A DNA stretch of 64,000 nucleotides. It comes from an uncultured virus (IMG/VR IMGVR_UViG_2579779073_000002). Lineage: Duplodnaviria; Heunggongvirae; Uroviricota; Caudoviricetes. This document shows, in pieces, positions 1 through 9,407 of the stretch; position 1 is the stretch's first letter, and each line of letters starts with the position of its first letter. The position numbers and the translations under genes were made by a program. Where the stretch lies: IMG/VR virus record IMGVR_UViG_2579779073_000002; one strand, given 5' to 3'. The notes below the pieces were generated by a model. The model ran no database searches. It had not been told where the DNA came from and saw only the letters and a program-made list of their open reading frames with translations.

Positions 1-9
1 GCCGTTCAA

Positions 10-879
10 ATGATTTCACCACTGAGTAGCGTAACGGGCTTAGTGACTGCCTTGCAACAAACGGTCGGGGCAACTGAGCGAATCGACAACATTTTAGATA
101 GTCCGGAAGAAGATAAGCGGTTGTCAGGCGAAACGCTGTCAACAATCGATACGGTCGACTTTGATCACGTCGATTTTGGCTACGAAAGTGATAAACCGGT
201 GCTTAAGGACATTGATTTGACAATTCATCGCGGTGAGCGGATTGCCTTGATTGGTGAGAGTGGTAGCGGGAAAACGACCTTAGTTTCGCTCTTAGAGGCT
301 TACTATACGCCAACTCGTGGTGAGCTGGACGTGAATGGCGAGACAATGGCCAGTTATACGATTCCCTCGATTCGTAATCAGATCGGCTACGTGAGTCAAG
401 AAGTAGACTTGATGCCCGGGACGATTCGCGATAATCTCCTGTTAGGTTCGACGGAACCGGTCTCTGATGAACAATTGAGTGCGTTGTTGACACAAGTCGG
501 CTTAGCGGACTGGCTAGCTGAACTGTCAGCTGGTCTTGATACGGACGTCGGTGAACGGGGCTTGAATGTTTCTGGTGGACAGCGGCAACGTTTGGCCATC
601 GTCCGGGCACTCGTCCGCCACCCGTCGTTATTGATTTTAGACGAAGCGACGGCTAGTCTTGATAATCAGAACCAAGAACGGGTGACCCAGCTCTTGGCGA
701 CGTTACCAGCTGACCTGACGACTATTACGATTGTCCATCGGTTAAACCAGATCGAAGCTTATCCGCGAATTCTCTTCATGGAGGATGGTCAGATTACGGG
801 TGATGGCAATCATGAGTCCTTATTAGCAACCCATGAACGTTATCGTGACTTTTATCGGCTGCAGTATCAACACGGTTAA
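10..879 (+). CDS. ABC exporter, ATP-binding domain (C-terminal part of a fused permease/ATPase, 5' end outside window)
   Basis: Walker A GESGSGKT, signature VSGGQRQR, Walker B LLILDEATA; frame is open from the window edge. Confidence 0.9.
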   Translation: MISPLSSVTGLVTALQQTVGATERIDNILDSPEEDKRLSGETLSTIDTVDFDHVDFGYESDKPVLKDIDLTIHRGERIALIGESGSGKTTLVSLLEAYYTPTRGELDVNGETMASYTIPSIRNQIGYVSQEVDLMPGTIRDNLLLGSTEPVSDEQLSALLTQVGLADWLAELSAGLDTDVGERGLNVSGGQRQRLAIVRALVRHPSLLILDEATASLDNQNQERVTQLLATLPADLTTITIVHRLNQIEAYPRILFMEDGQITGDGNHESLLATHERYRDFYRLQYQHG

Positions 880-919
880 AAAGGCCTTAGTGAAATATTG
901 TTTGATTATTAAAATTAGT

Positions 920-958
920 AAGTGGTTATTGCTGAGTGTTGGCAATAGCCACTTTTTT
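920..958 (+). terminator. Rho-independent terminator after the ABC gene
   Basis: AAGTGGTTATTGC / GCAATAGCCACTT stem followed by a T run. Confidence 0.75.
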
Positions 959-1516
959 GATCCCAAAATATGTATTCAACTGGATAACGTGGGTTAAGGC
1001 ATGAAATAAAACCGACCGTAAAAAATATAAAAAGTATTAATAATTTTAATAATAAGTCGAAAAAAGCGATATTTATAATTATTTTTTAGGGAATAAATTT
1101 CCCGATGGTATGGTTCATAATTCGGAAAAAAAGAGGGGATGTCGCAGCAAGCAACTACGCTGAAATGCTGATATTATCAGGGGTTTAAACGCTTTCTGCT
1201 GGCATAGTTAACTGGTGATAAATATAAATAATATTGATATTGGACACAAATTTTGACCGTTAATGAAACGCGTAAGTTGTCCATAGTATACACATTTACT
1301 GATTGAATATGATACTGCCCTGTATTTATTCAAATATTAGTAATTTTATTGACGATTGTGGGGCGAATTAGTTAATATTTAAATCGTAAACGAGGTTACT
1401 TGTTTAACGTTCGCATTAGTAATCAATATTAGTTATTTAACAGACTAAATTAAATTAATGATTATTGAGCTGCTAATTTGTGAACAATTTGTAAATTTTC
1501 TAAGGAGGATATTAAC

Positions 1517-1648
1517 ATGAGTTTCTTCAGTGATTTACATCTCTTACCAGGGACCCACACATCATCACATACTAGTTATGTCAGCAACCAACCACTTGGT
1601 ACTTTCTATCAGTTTGTGTTGAACGTGATTGCCGCAATCAAAGGTTAA
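1517..1648 (+). CDS. Array peptide 1, 43 aa, type A: MSFFSDLHLLPGTHTSSHTSYVSNQPLGTFYQFVLNVIAAIKG
   Basis: Hand translation; AAGGAGG RBS; paralog of six downstream ORFs. Confidence 0.85.
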   Translation: MSFFSDLHLLPGTHTSSHTSYVSNQPLGTFYQFVLNVIAAIKG

Positions 1649-1819
1649 GCGTTGCTAGAGACGGGTGTTAGGGAATTCAATGATTAATTAGTTGAATTTT
1701 CTAACTGTTTAATCAAGTTTGTCGGAATTTAATTTGTTTTCCAAACTCTCAAGTCTTGCCATACAAGTGGCTAGGCTTGGGGATTTAACCATTAACTAAC
1801 TTAAAAGGAGGAGTTATTC

Positions 1820-1963
1820 ATGAGTTTCTTTACTGATTTGCACTTCTTACCGGGAACCCACACGTCATCATACACATCAAGTGTTTCAAATGACATCTTC
1901 GGTGGCTTCCACAGCTTCATCTTAAACTTGATTCCTGCAATCAAGAGTTTGTTCAGCAAATAA
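1820..1963 (+). CDS. Array peptide 2, 47 aa, type B: MSFFTDLHFLPGTHTSSYTSSVSNDIFGGFHSFILNLIPAIKSLFSK
   Basis: Hand translation; AAGGAGGAG RBS. Confidence 0.85.
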   Translation: MSFFTDLHFLPGTHTSSYTSSVSNDIFGGFHSFILNLIPAIKSLFSK

Positions 1964-1993
1964 TCATAGTTAATTTTATAGGAGGATTTCAAC

Positions 1994-2125
1994 ATGAGTT
2001 TCTTTAACGATTTCCACGTATTACCAGGTACGCATACGTCATCATACACATCAAGTGTTTCAAACGATATCTTCGGTGGTTTCCACAGCTTCGTCTTGAA
2101 CTTGATTGCTGCATTCAAAAAGTAA
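1994..2125 (+). CDS. Array peptide 3, 43 aa, type B: MSFFNDFHVLPGTHTSSYTSSVSNDIFGGFHSFVLNLIAAFKK
   Basis: Hand translation; AGGAGG RBS. Confidence 0.85.
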   Translation: MSFFNDFHVLPGTHTSSYTSSVSNDIFGGFHSFVLNLIAAFKK

Positions 2126-2157
2126 TTTAGTCAAACAATCATAGGAGGATTTACATT

Positions 2158-2301
2158 ATGAGTTTCTTTAACGATTTCCATGTATTACCAGGTACACATA
2201 CGTCATCATACACATCAAGTGTTTCAAACGACATTTTCGGTGGTTTCCATAGCTTTATCTTAAACTTGATTCCTGCAATCAAGAGCTTATTCAGCAAGTA
2301 A
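2158..2301 (+). CDS. Array peptide 4, 47 aa, type B: MSFFNDFHVLPGTHTSSYTSSVSNDIFGGFHSFILNLIPAIKSLFSK
   Basis: Hand translation; AGGAGG RBS. Confidence 0.85.
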   Translation: MSFFNDFHVLPGTHTSSYTSSVSNDIFGGFHSFILNLIPAIKSLFSK

Positions 2302-2332
2302 TCAAAACTAATCTTTTAGGAGGATTTATATT

Positions 2333-2464
2333 ATGAGTTTCTTTAACGATTTTCACGTATTACCAGGTACGCATACGTCATCATACACATCAAGTGTTTC
2401 AAATGATATCTTTGGTGGCTTGCACAGCTTCATCTTGAACGTTATTAAAGCGATCAAGGGATAA
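2333..2464 (+). CDS. Array peptide 5, 43 aa, type B: MSFFNDFHVLPGTHTSSYTSSVSNDIFGGLHSFILNVIKAIKG
   Basis: Hand translation; AGGAGG RBS. Confidence 0.85.
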   Translation: MSFFNDFHVLPGTHTSSYTSSVSNDIFGGLHSFILNVIKAIKG

Positions 2465-2542
2465 TCTATTTCGATAAACTAATTAATTAATATATTAATT
2501 AATGTCTTGATATTATTTAGATAATGAGGGAGGATATACATT

Positions 2543-2674
2543 ATGAGTTTCTTTTCAGATTTACACTTTTTACCAGGTACGCATACTTCATCACACACCA
2601 GCTACGTTAGCAACCAACCACTTGGTACTTTCTACCAATTCGTATTGAACGTAATTGCTGCATTCAAAGGCTAA
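2543..2674 (+). CDS. Array peptide 6, 43 aa, type A: MSFFSDLHFLPGTHTSSHTSYVSNQPLGTFYQFVLNVIAAFKG
   Basis: Hand translation; GGGAGG RBS. Confidence 0.85.
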   Translation: MSFFSDLHFLPGTHTSSHTSYVSNQPLGTFYQFVLNVIAAFKG

Positions 2675-2703
2675 TTAATTAACAATTAAAGGGGATTAAT
2701 CTC

Positions 2704-2835
2704 ATGAGTTTTTTCAATGATTTTCATATTTTACCAGGTACATACACATCATCATATACATCAAGTGTTTCCAACGACATCTTTGGTGGATTACACAGTT
2801 TTATCTTAAACGTAATTGCCGCATTCAAGGGCTAA
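2704..2835 (+). CDS. Array peptide 7, 43 aa, type B: MSFFNDFHILPGTYTSSYTSSVSNDIFGGLHSFILNVIAAFKG
   Basis: Hand translation; AAGGGG RBS. Confidence 0.8.
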   Translation: MSFFNDFHILPGTYTSSYTSSVSNDIFGGLHSFILNVIAAFKG

Positions 2836-2988
2836 TTCGTTAAATATAACTGAAATGCCAACAAAATCGTTATGGTGTTATTAAGCACGACACGATAAGC
2901 ACGACTAAGATGATGGGCTGGCAAGCGATTTGTCGCCCATCATTTTACATAAATGCAGAAAATCGTGGGTGCTCGGGGAGGATTCCAT

Positions 2989-5724
2989 ATGTCAAAAGAT
3001 AATCAAAAAATGACCGGTGATTCGGTTTATCGGGTAAAGATGTATAAAGATGGCAAGCGTTGGGTTTATGCCGGCGCAACCACGTTAGCTTTGGCTGCAG
3101 GTTTAGTATTTGCCAACGTTAATGCTTCTGCTGATACTGCTGCTAGCTCAGACGCAACCACGGAACAAGTTTCTAGTGCTGCCAGCTCTGCTGCAACTAG
3201 TTCAACGGCGACTTCATCAGCTGCTACGGATGCCAGTTCTGCATCTTCAACTGCAACTTCAACGTCAAGTACGGCTAGCTCAACTGCTACTACTTCAAGT
3301 AGTGCTGCCAGCTCGACTGCTTCTTCAGCTGCTACGTCAACAACGAGTGCGGCTAGTTCTTCAGCTGCAACTGTCAGTGCGACTACACCAGCAAGCAGTG
3401 ATGCGACATCGACTTCAACGGCAACTGTTGCAGCAACGGCTGCTAAGGCATCAGTTGCAACACCAGCTTCTGCTGCAGCAACGGCAACCACAACTGCTAC
3501 GACCACAACTGCTACGACCACGGCTGCGACTACAGCCCCAACAGTAACGGCACCAGCTTCTGAAGCTGTTAATCAAACTGCTGCTGGCTCAGTTGACGCT
3601 GGAACATTGACGAGTGCTACTCAGTCGGGTGGTTCGGGCAACTTACAAGACCAAGCACAATACATTCAGGAAAATGTTGATGGCACGAACATCAAAGTTA
3701 CTGCCGGGCATACGTACGCAGTTGCCATCCGGTTAACCAAGAGCCAAGCGCTTGATTGGGCTAATGCTTCTGGTCAAGTTTCAATTGCGCCAAATGGTTC
3801 CAACAGTAATGGCACTTGGACTGCCGTTGAATACGCAACTGAATCCGGTAAGGAATACAGTTACGCAGCTGGTGCTTCAACTGCCACTGTGGACATCACG
3901 AAGCTAACTGATGCTGATAGTTATGTCACTGTTCTCTATACTTTCAAAGCTAACGACGACGCGACGACGGGTAGCCGGGCTGCATATTTGGAATTTACAG
4001 GGACTACCTCAGTTAATAAGTTATCAACTAATACTAACAACACTGATGCCAATCAGCAGATTGAGGCTTGGAGCTATGCAACCCAAGTAATGGATACTTC
4101 TGTTGCCGCTGGTACGGTCGTTGTCCATTACGTTGATGAAAACGGCAATAAGATTGCGGATGACACGACTGTTCAAGGCGATGTTGACAATACTTACACC
4201 GTTACACCTGCTACTTTCAGTAATTACGCGTTAGATACGACTAAGTCCAGTGCTTTGACTGGAACAGTTGCCGCTGACACTACTGATTCTGATGGTAATG
4301 TGACGGCTGCTGGTACTGAATTGACGTTAGTCTACTCACAAAATACCGAAGCTTCAAACTTGACTGTTAACTACGTTGATGCTGATGGCAATACGATCTT
4401 ACCTTCTAAGACTTATACAGAAGGTGCTGATGGTACTGCAGCTGAAGTTGGCGGTGCTTACAGTGTAAATGCCGCTTCGATTGACGGTTATACCTTAACG
4501 GGTGATGCAACCCAAACTGGGACTTTTGTTTCTGGTGGTAACACGGTTACCTTCACTTATACGAAGGATGCAGCCCCAGTTGAACAATCAACGGTTACGG
4601 TAAACTACGTTGATGCTGATGGTAACACGATCAAGGCCGCTACGACCCAAACTTTGGATAACGGCTCAACTTATACGGTTGAAACGCCAACGATCGATGG
4701 TTACACTTACAAGTCAGCTGATGCCGCTTTGACTGGTACGGTTGATGGTAATAAGACGATTACCTTAACTTACACCAAGGATTCAACGACACCAGTTGAA
4801 AATAAAGCTAACTTGACGATCAATTATGTTGACGCTGATGGTAACACCATCAAAGCATCCAGCGTAACTGAATATATCGTTGGTCAAGCTTACACGGTTG
4901 GTCAACCAGAAATTGCTGGTTACACTTATGACCATGCCACTGGTGATGCCATTGCCGGAACGATTGCCTACAACGGTAACACAGTTACCCTTGTTTACAC
5001 GAAGAACGGTGGCACTACTCCAACTGAACAAACTAAGACGATCACAGTTAACTATGTTGACGCAGATGGTAATACGATCAAGAGTGCGACGACCACAACT
5101 TACAAAGTTGGGGACACTTACACGGTCGCAACACCTTCAATCGATGGTTACACTTACAAGTCAGCTGATGGTGCTTTGAGTGGTACGGTGGCTGATGACG
5201 CGACGATCACCTTAACTTATGCTAAGAATGATAACGGCGGCTCAACGACTGCACCTACCACCGCACCTGGTACCGGTGACAATGGTAATAACGGTGGTGG
5301 CACGACGACAACCGCACCTACGACTGCACCTGGCACTGGTGACAACGTCAACGGTGGCGGTACTGGTACAACTACAACTGCTCCTGTTACGACGCCAAGT
5401 GACGATACTGTTGATAATGGTAATGGTTCATCAAACAACGGTTCATCAACGACGACTTCAACGGCACCAGCAACCACGGTTTCTGATGATGAAGTAACGC
5501 CAACGACGACGGCTACTACTAACAATGGGACTAGTGGGGTTGTTCCTGCATCAGCCTCATTGAAGCCAGTAGTTACGACTAAGACGACGACTTCAGACGC
5601 AAAGACGTTACCACAAACGGATGAAGACGAAAACGGGACTGCCTTGGCTGTCTTGGGTCTTTCAACCTTATTGATGGGTTCAGCGCTATACTTTGGCGTT
5701 TCTCGTCGGAAGCATGAAGCATAA
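2989..5724 (+). CDS. Sortase-anchored surface adhesin: KxYKxGKxW signal peptide, Ser/Thr/Ala-rich stalk, about five MucBP-like repeats, LPQTD anchor
   Basis: KMYKDGKRW; repeated TVNYVDADGNTI...IDGYTY units; LPQTD + hydrophobic helix + RRKH tail; GGAGG RBS before ATG 2989 (track start 2953). Confidence 0.9.
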   Translation: MSKDNQKMTGDSVYRVKMYKDGKRWVYAGATTLALAAGLVFANVNASADTAASSDATTEQVSSAASSAATSSTATSSAATDASSASSTATSTSSTASSTATTSSSAASSTASSAATSTTSAASSSAATVSATTPASSDATSTSTATVAATAAKASVATPASAAATATTTATTTTATTTAATTAPTVTAPASEAVNQTAAGSVDAGTLTSATQSGGSGNLQDQAQYIQENVDGTNIKVTAGHTYAVAIRLTKSQALDWANASGQVSIAPNGSNSNGTWTAVEYATESGKEYSYAAGASTATVDITKLTDADSYVTVLYTFKANDDATTGSRAAYLEFTGTTSVNKLSTNTNNTDANQQIEAWSYATQVMDTSVAAGTVVVHYVDENGNKIADDTTVQGDVDNTYTVTPATFSNYALDTTKSSALTGTVAADTTDSDGNVTAAGTELTLVYSQNTEASNLTVNYVDADGNTILPSKTYTEGADGTAAEVGGAYSVNAASIDGYTLTGDATQTGTFVSGGNTVTFTYTKDAAPVEQSTVTVNYVDADGNTIKAATTQTLDNGSTYTVETPTIDGYTYKSADAALTGTVDGNKTITLTYTKDSTTPVENKANLTINYVDADGNTIKASSVTEYIVGQAYTVGQPEIAGYTYDHATGDAIAGTIAYNGNTVTLVYTKNGGTTPTEQTKTITVNYVDADGNTIKSATTTTYKVGDTYTVATPSIDGYTYKSADGALSGTVADDATITLTYAKNDNGGSTTAPTTAPGTGDNGNNGGGTTTTAPTTAPGTGDNVNGGGTGTTTTAPVTTPSDDTVDNGNGSSNNGSSTTTSTAPATTVSDDEVTPTTTATTNNGTSGVVPASASLKPVVTTKTTTSDAKTLPQTDEDENGTALAVLGLSTLLMGSALYFGVSRRKHEA

Positions 5725-5823
5725 TAATTAGAATAGCTTGATTATTTGCTGAACGGATAGAAAGGTCAGCGATGACCTTTCTACTCTTTGAGCAAACAAT
5801 CAAGTTTATGGAGGAGTTGCATT

Positions 5824-7800
5824 ATGAAGATGTTCAATAAAAAGCGCAGAGATAAGAATGAGGATTACCGTAATCATTCTGAGCGTGCAACGGCGACTTC
5901 AACCGTTGCTGCTCAAAAGCCAAAACCAAAGGCGACTCAAAGTAGTACGACCCCCAATGTGCGGTCATCTGCTGGTGTCCGGCCAACTAGTAGCAGCGTG
6001 ACTGCTTCAACTAGTGCCCCAGTTAAGGGCCAAAACCGGGTCAACCAACGGCGTGCTACCCAAACAGCAGCCAAAAACAGTGTGGCCATTGAACGCGAAA
6101 TGGCTGACTTAAACAAGCAATACCAAACTTTACGTGGGGAGCTTAAGGTCCAATTAGTTCAGGATCGTAAGCACGAAAAGCAACAGTATGAAACTTTAGT
6201 TGCCGAACAGTTAAACTTAGAACAACAGTTAAAGGACGCTAAGGTTACTCTGTCTAAACAGGACAAAGTCGTTAACACGAACGATAGCGAACGGCAGGGA
6301 ATGGTCAAGACCATCAATGCTGCTCAAAAACGTTATGATGATGCTAAGAAAGCTCTTGCTAAGAGCGATCAAACCATCAAATCGTTGGAAAAGAAGATTA
6401 CGCAGTCTGAACAATCATTAGCTGATTTGAAGCAAAATGAAGCTGATATGCGTAAAGCAATTCAGGGCGAACAGGATCTTAAGAAGTTATTCGTGTTGAT
6501 GAAGCAACAGGAGAAGCAAGCACAGGATCTGTATCAAAAGAGTGACGCAATCAACAGTGAACTCGTGAAACTCCAGAAGCGTGAACAGACTGAAACCCGT
6601 GAACGTTCGCGGAAGGAACACGCGATTACGAGTGCGGAAAAAGACTTACATACCGCTCAAGATGCGTTAGTTGCTTATGATCGTAAGAAGAAGAGTGCTC
6701 AAGACGAACAAGAACGTTCACTCAACTTGATTAATCAGAAAATCAATCGATTACAACATGATTATGATCAAAATGCCACGATTGTTAAGGGGCTCCAACA
6801 AAAGATTGAAAGCATTGATGCCAAGTTAAAATCGGATTACGGGACGACTCACTTAGTATCGCCCGTCGAATTTGACCAGTCTGCAAAGTACTTCTTGTTC
6901 AGCACCGATCTGATTCAATCATTGTCTGGTGATGAAAAGGCTTCGATGGAAATGATCATGGGCTTATTGAAGAGTGAAGTTAAGGATAAAGCTAATGTTA
7001 TTACGGTTAACTATAATGACAGCTTGCCAGAAATTTGGAACAGTTACCAATCAGCTGGCTTAGTTGATAAACGAACTGGCTTGTACAACATGTACTACAC
7101 GATTCAGGCAAAGGTACCGGGTGCCGTTGCGAAGACTAAACCAGAATTACCTGATAATCCTGCATGGCAATATAAGCGCAATGCTGATAAGCAGATTGTG
7201 TCAATTGCCGATGATGGCGGTAACCCAATTATGACGTTGAAGTACCGTAAGAATGGTGCCATTTGGTACATGACTTACTTCAATGGGTCATTAGCAACTC
7301 GTCGGGATGTGTACGATGCTGCCGGGTTCTTGTCAGTCACTCAGTACCTTGACCGGACGAATAACTCACAAGTGACACTAGAAAACTTCTATCGTCCAGA
7401 CCACTCTTTAGCAATGGTCAAGCAATATGGTAGTAACCACGAATTATCAATTCAATTAGTGAATAAGGAAGAAGCCATCACGAATGTCTTCCATTCTGAA
7501 GCACAATTATTGAACTGGTGGTTGGCATCAGTCTTACAACAACAAAACAGTGTGTTGGTTATGGGAGTTAACGCCCCATTGTTCGACCAATGCTTACAAG
7601 CAACGAATGATAATTTCCATCTCTTACCAATCGTCTCTGCTGATGATTTGGATAATCAACACGTCCAAGATATTATCAACGGAAAGAGTAAGTTGTCGAG
7701 CTTAGTTGTAACGGATCGTGATGTTCAGACTGCGATTGAGAAACAAATGACACGTGATCTTGAAATCACCGTTATGCCAGCTGCAGAAGTCCGTGCGTAA
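5824..7800 (+). CDS. Long coiled-coil protein with a C-terminal domain resembling the beta-rich N-terminal region of GtfA/TagE/Asp1-type glycosyltransferases
   Basis: K/E/Q heptad region in the first half; RRDVYDAAGFLSVTQYLD...ENFYRPD motif; GGAGGAG RBS before ATG 5824. Confidence 0.55.
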   Translation: MKMFNKKRRDKNEDYRNHSERATATSTVAAQKPKPKATQSSTTPNVRSSAGVRPTSSSVTASTSAPVKGQNRVNQRRATQTAAKNSVAIEREMADLNKQYQTLRGELKVQLVQDRKHEKQQYETLVAEQLNLEQQLKDAKVTLSKQDKVVNTNDSERQGMVKTINAAQKRYDDAKKALAKSDQTIKSLEKKITQSEQSLADLKQNEADMRKAIQGEQDLKKLFVLMKQQEKQAQDLYQKSDAINSELVKLQKREQTETRERSRKEHAITSAEKDLHTAQDALVAYDRKKKSAQDEQERSLNLINQKINRLQHDYDQNATIVKGLQQKIESIDAKLKSDYGTTHLVSPVEFDQSAKYFLFSTDLIQSLSGDEKASMEMIMGLLKSEVKDKANVITVNYNDSLPEIWNSYQSAGLVDKRTGLYNMYYTIQAKVPGAVAKTKPELPDNPAWQYKRNADKQIVSIADDGGNPIMTLKYRKNGAIWYMTYFNGSLATRRDVYDAAGFLSVTQYLDRTNNSQVTLENFYRPDHSLAMVKQYGSNHELSIQLVNKEEAITNVFHSEAQLLNWWLASVLQQQNSVLVMGVNAPLFDQCLQATNDNFHLLPIVSADDLDNQHVQDIINGKSKLSSLVVTDRDVQTAIEKQMTRDLEITVMPAAEVRA

Positions 7801-7854
7801 TCACGGGGTTGTTGATGATGCCTTGAACGTGACGCATGAATGGGGTTTTAAATA

Positions 7855-8340
7855 ATGATGAAGACTAATACTAAGAAGGCCAAGTACGACGATGCGGAAT
7901 TGTTCGAAAAAGTCTTAGTGGGCATGTCATGGCTTGAAAGCCATCTTCGCGAGATTATTCAAACGATGGTGACTGATGCGGACGTGTCGTTCGAACAGTT
8001 CTTGATTCTCTACTATCTTGACCATAGCACTGATCACCGGATTACGGTGAAAGAGCTAGCCGCTGACCGCCACGTCTCTTCTTCAGCGATTTCAAGGAAA
8101 CTGACCTACTTGATCAACAATGACTTGATTGTGTTGAACATCGATCCTTATGATCGTCGGTACCGTTATCTAACGTTGACCGCCAAAGGTGAGAAGTTAG
8201 CACGGGTCATTGAAAAAGTTAACGAAGAACGCCTTGGCAAGTTCCTCGACGAATTTGGCCGGATTCGAACCTCTGAATTAACTGATGAGCTTCGGATGGT
8301 CAGCAAAGTTTTAGTGGATACCAAGGAAATTAAAGGCTAG
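7855..8340 (+). CDS. MarR-family transcriptional regulator
   Basis: EQFLIL...TVKELA...SSAISRKL...DRRYRYLTLTAKG winged-helix pattern. Confidence 0.85.
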   Translation: MMKTNTKKAKYDDAELFEKVLVGMSWLESHLREIIQTMVTDADVSFEQFLILYYLDHSTDHRITVKELAADRHVSSSAISRKLTYLINNDLIVLNIDPYDRRYRYLTLTAKGEKLARVIEKVNEERLGKFLDEFGRIRTSELTDELRMVSKVLVDTKEIKG

Positions 8341-8341
8341 T

Positions 8342-8384
8342 AAAAAAGAGTCATTCAACTTGTATAAGCTGAATGACTCTTTTT
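8342..8384. terminator. Bidirectional terminator between convergent genes
   Basis: AAAAAAGAGTCATTCA / TGAATGACTCTTTTT. Confidence 0.85.
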
Positions 8385-8388
8385 AGTG

Positions 8389-8661
8389 TTAAATATTGAT
8401 CGCTAATGAGAACAAGATAAAACCACCAAGTAACATGGCAAGAATCGCCACGACCACCCACAGCACTTGACGGACGTTGTGCCGCACGCGTCGCTCAACA
8501 TGGCTCTTTGATTGAAGATGCTCATGTTGGGCATTAAATAGCGAAGCATTCGTGTCTTTGACCCAATCAGCACCATGCTGACCATAGTAGGGGTTGGTGT
8601 TATGATTGAGCGAGTGGGGGACCCGGCCATTTGATTTGGTTAACGGTTGATAGCGCCGCAT
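8389..8661 (-). CDS. Hypothetical protein with C-terminal TM helix
   Basis: GAGG RBS; hydrophobic C-terminus; ends at terminator. Confidence 0.6.
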   Translation of the reverse strand: MRRYQPLTKSNGRVPHSLNHNTNPYYGQHGADWVKDTNASLFNAQHEHLQSKSHVERRVRHNVRQVLWVVVAILAMLLGGFILFSLAINI

Positions 8662-8685
8662 CGTAATCCTCTTTTCAACGGTTGT

Positions 8686-8919
8686 TTAGTTTTTCTGGGC
8701 CTTATAAGGAACGGCATAGTTCTTAGGGGCGTCGCTAGCTTTTGCATACTTCCAGTGCCCAGACATCTTCTTTTCGAGTGGGGCATCATCTTTGATGCAA
8801 GTAAAGCGAGAGCCAACTTCATTTTCGATAATGAAGATCCGGTTAAACTCGTGCCGCGTCTGAACAATGTGACAATCATTGTGATCGATACCAAAAACAT
8901 CTTTGTATACCAACAACAT
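8686..8919 (-). CDS. Small hypothetical protein
   Basis: AAGGAG RBS; co-oriented with 8389-8661. Confidence 0.6.
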   Translation of the reverse strand: MLLVYKDVFGIDHNDCHIVQTRHEFNRIFIIENEVGSRFTCIKDDAPLEKKMSGHWKYAKASDAPKNYAVPYKAQKN

Positions 8920-9068
8920 TATCTCCTTTGGATTGAATTTAAAATAGTGACAATTTTACAAGGCTTCACAGACAGTCTACACCATCTATTATAAACCCCT
9001 AATCAAGTCCGTAAACCGTTTTGAGTGAAAAAAGATAAAATTGCACTGGCAAGGGTGTGACAATTCAT

Positions 9069-9110
9069 AAAAAGCCACGCAGGTAAATTTGATCTTACCT
9101 GCGTGGCTTT
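9069..9110 (-). terminator. Terminator, probably the original tRNA-Gln terminator displaced by satellite integration
   Basis: 16-bp perfect stem AAAGCCACGCAGGTAA / TTACCTGCGTGGCTTT just outside the att core. Confidence 0.7.
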
Positions 9111-9123
9111 ATCCGTACTTCTG

Positions 9124-9138
9124 ATTGGGTATACTGGG
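9124..9138. repeat. att core, left copy (ATTGGGTATACTGGG)
   Basis: Identical to 23281-23295, the 3' end of tRNA-Gln. Confidence 0.9.
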
Positions 9139-9210
9139 AACGACCCCCATATCACCAAAAATGCTTGTATACCAGCTATTATTAGGCGTTCAGGCCATTA
9201 AGAAATTGAG

Positions 9211-9232
9211 TTGGCTGTCCTTTTGGCTGACT
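9211..9232. repeat. Probable integrase arm-type site TTGGCTGTCCTTTTGGCTGACT
   Basis: Exact 22-bp copy at 23161-23182; one copy lies inside each end of the element. Confidence 0.7.
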
Positions 9233-9250
9233 ACCATTAAATTAACCCTA

Positions 9251-9379
9251 TTTCCTCCTGTACTGGAAATGTTTGTTTTAACGTGGTACACGTGGTACAC
9301 GTGGACAATCGTTGATATAACAACGTTTCAAAGTGCCCTAACGTGGTTCATTACCCGGTACAACGTGGTACACTTAGCA
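9251..9379 (-). repeat. Inverted 129-bp copy of the satellite origin region
   Basis: Reverse complement of 14345-14473 with 2 mismatches. Confidence 0.9.
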
Positions 9380-9407
9380 AAATGCGTCAAATTCAGCAGT
9401 CTAAATA

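Noticed and set aside
1801..2118. Minus-strand 105-aa repeat ORF
   Set aside because: Antisense shadow of peptide genes 2-3.
1517..2835. CRISPR array or non-coding tandem repeat
   Set aside because: Units are RBS-led ORFs with codon-position variation; no constant repeat/unique spacer pattern and no cas genes.
3066..5525. Alternative-frame and antisense ORFs inside the adhesin
   Set aside because: By-products of low-complexity Ser/Thr/Ala codons.
8647..8994. Plus-strand 115-aa ORF
   Set aside because: Overlaps two minus-strand genes that have good RBSs.
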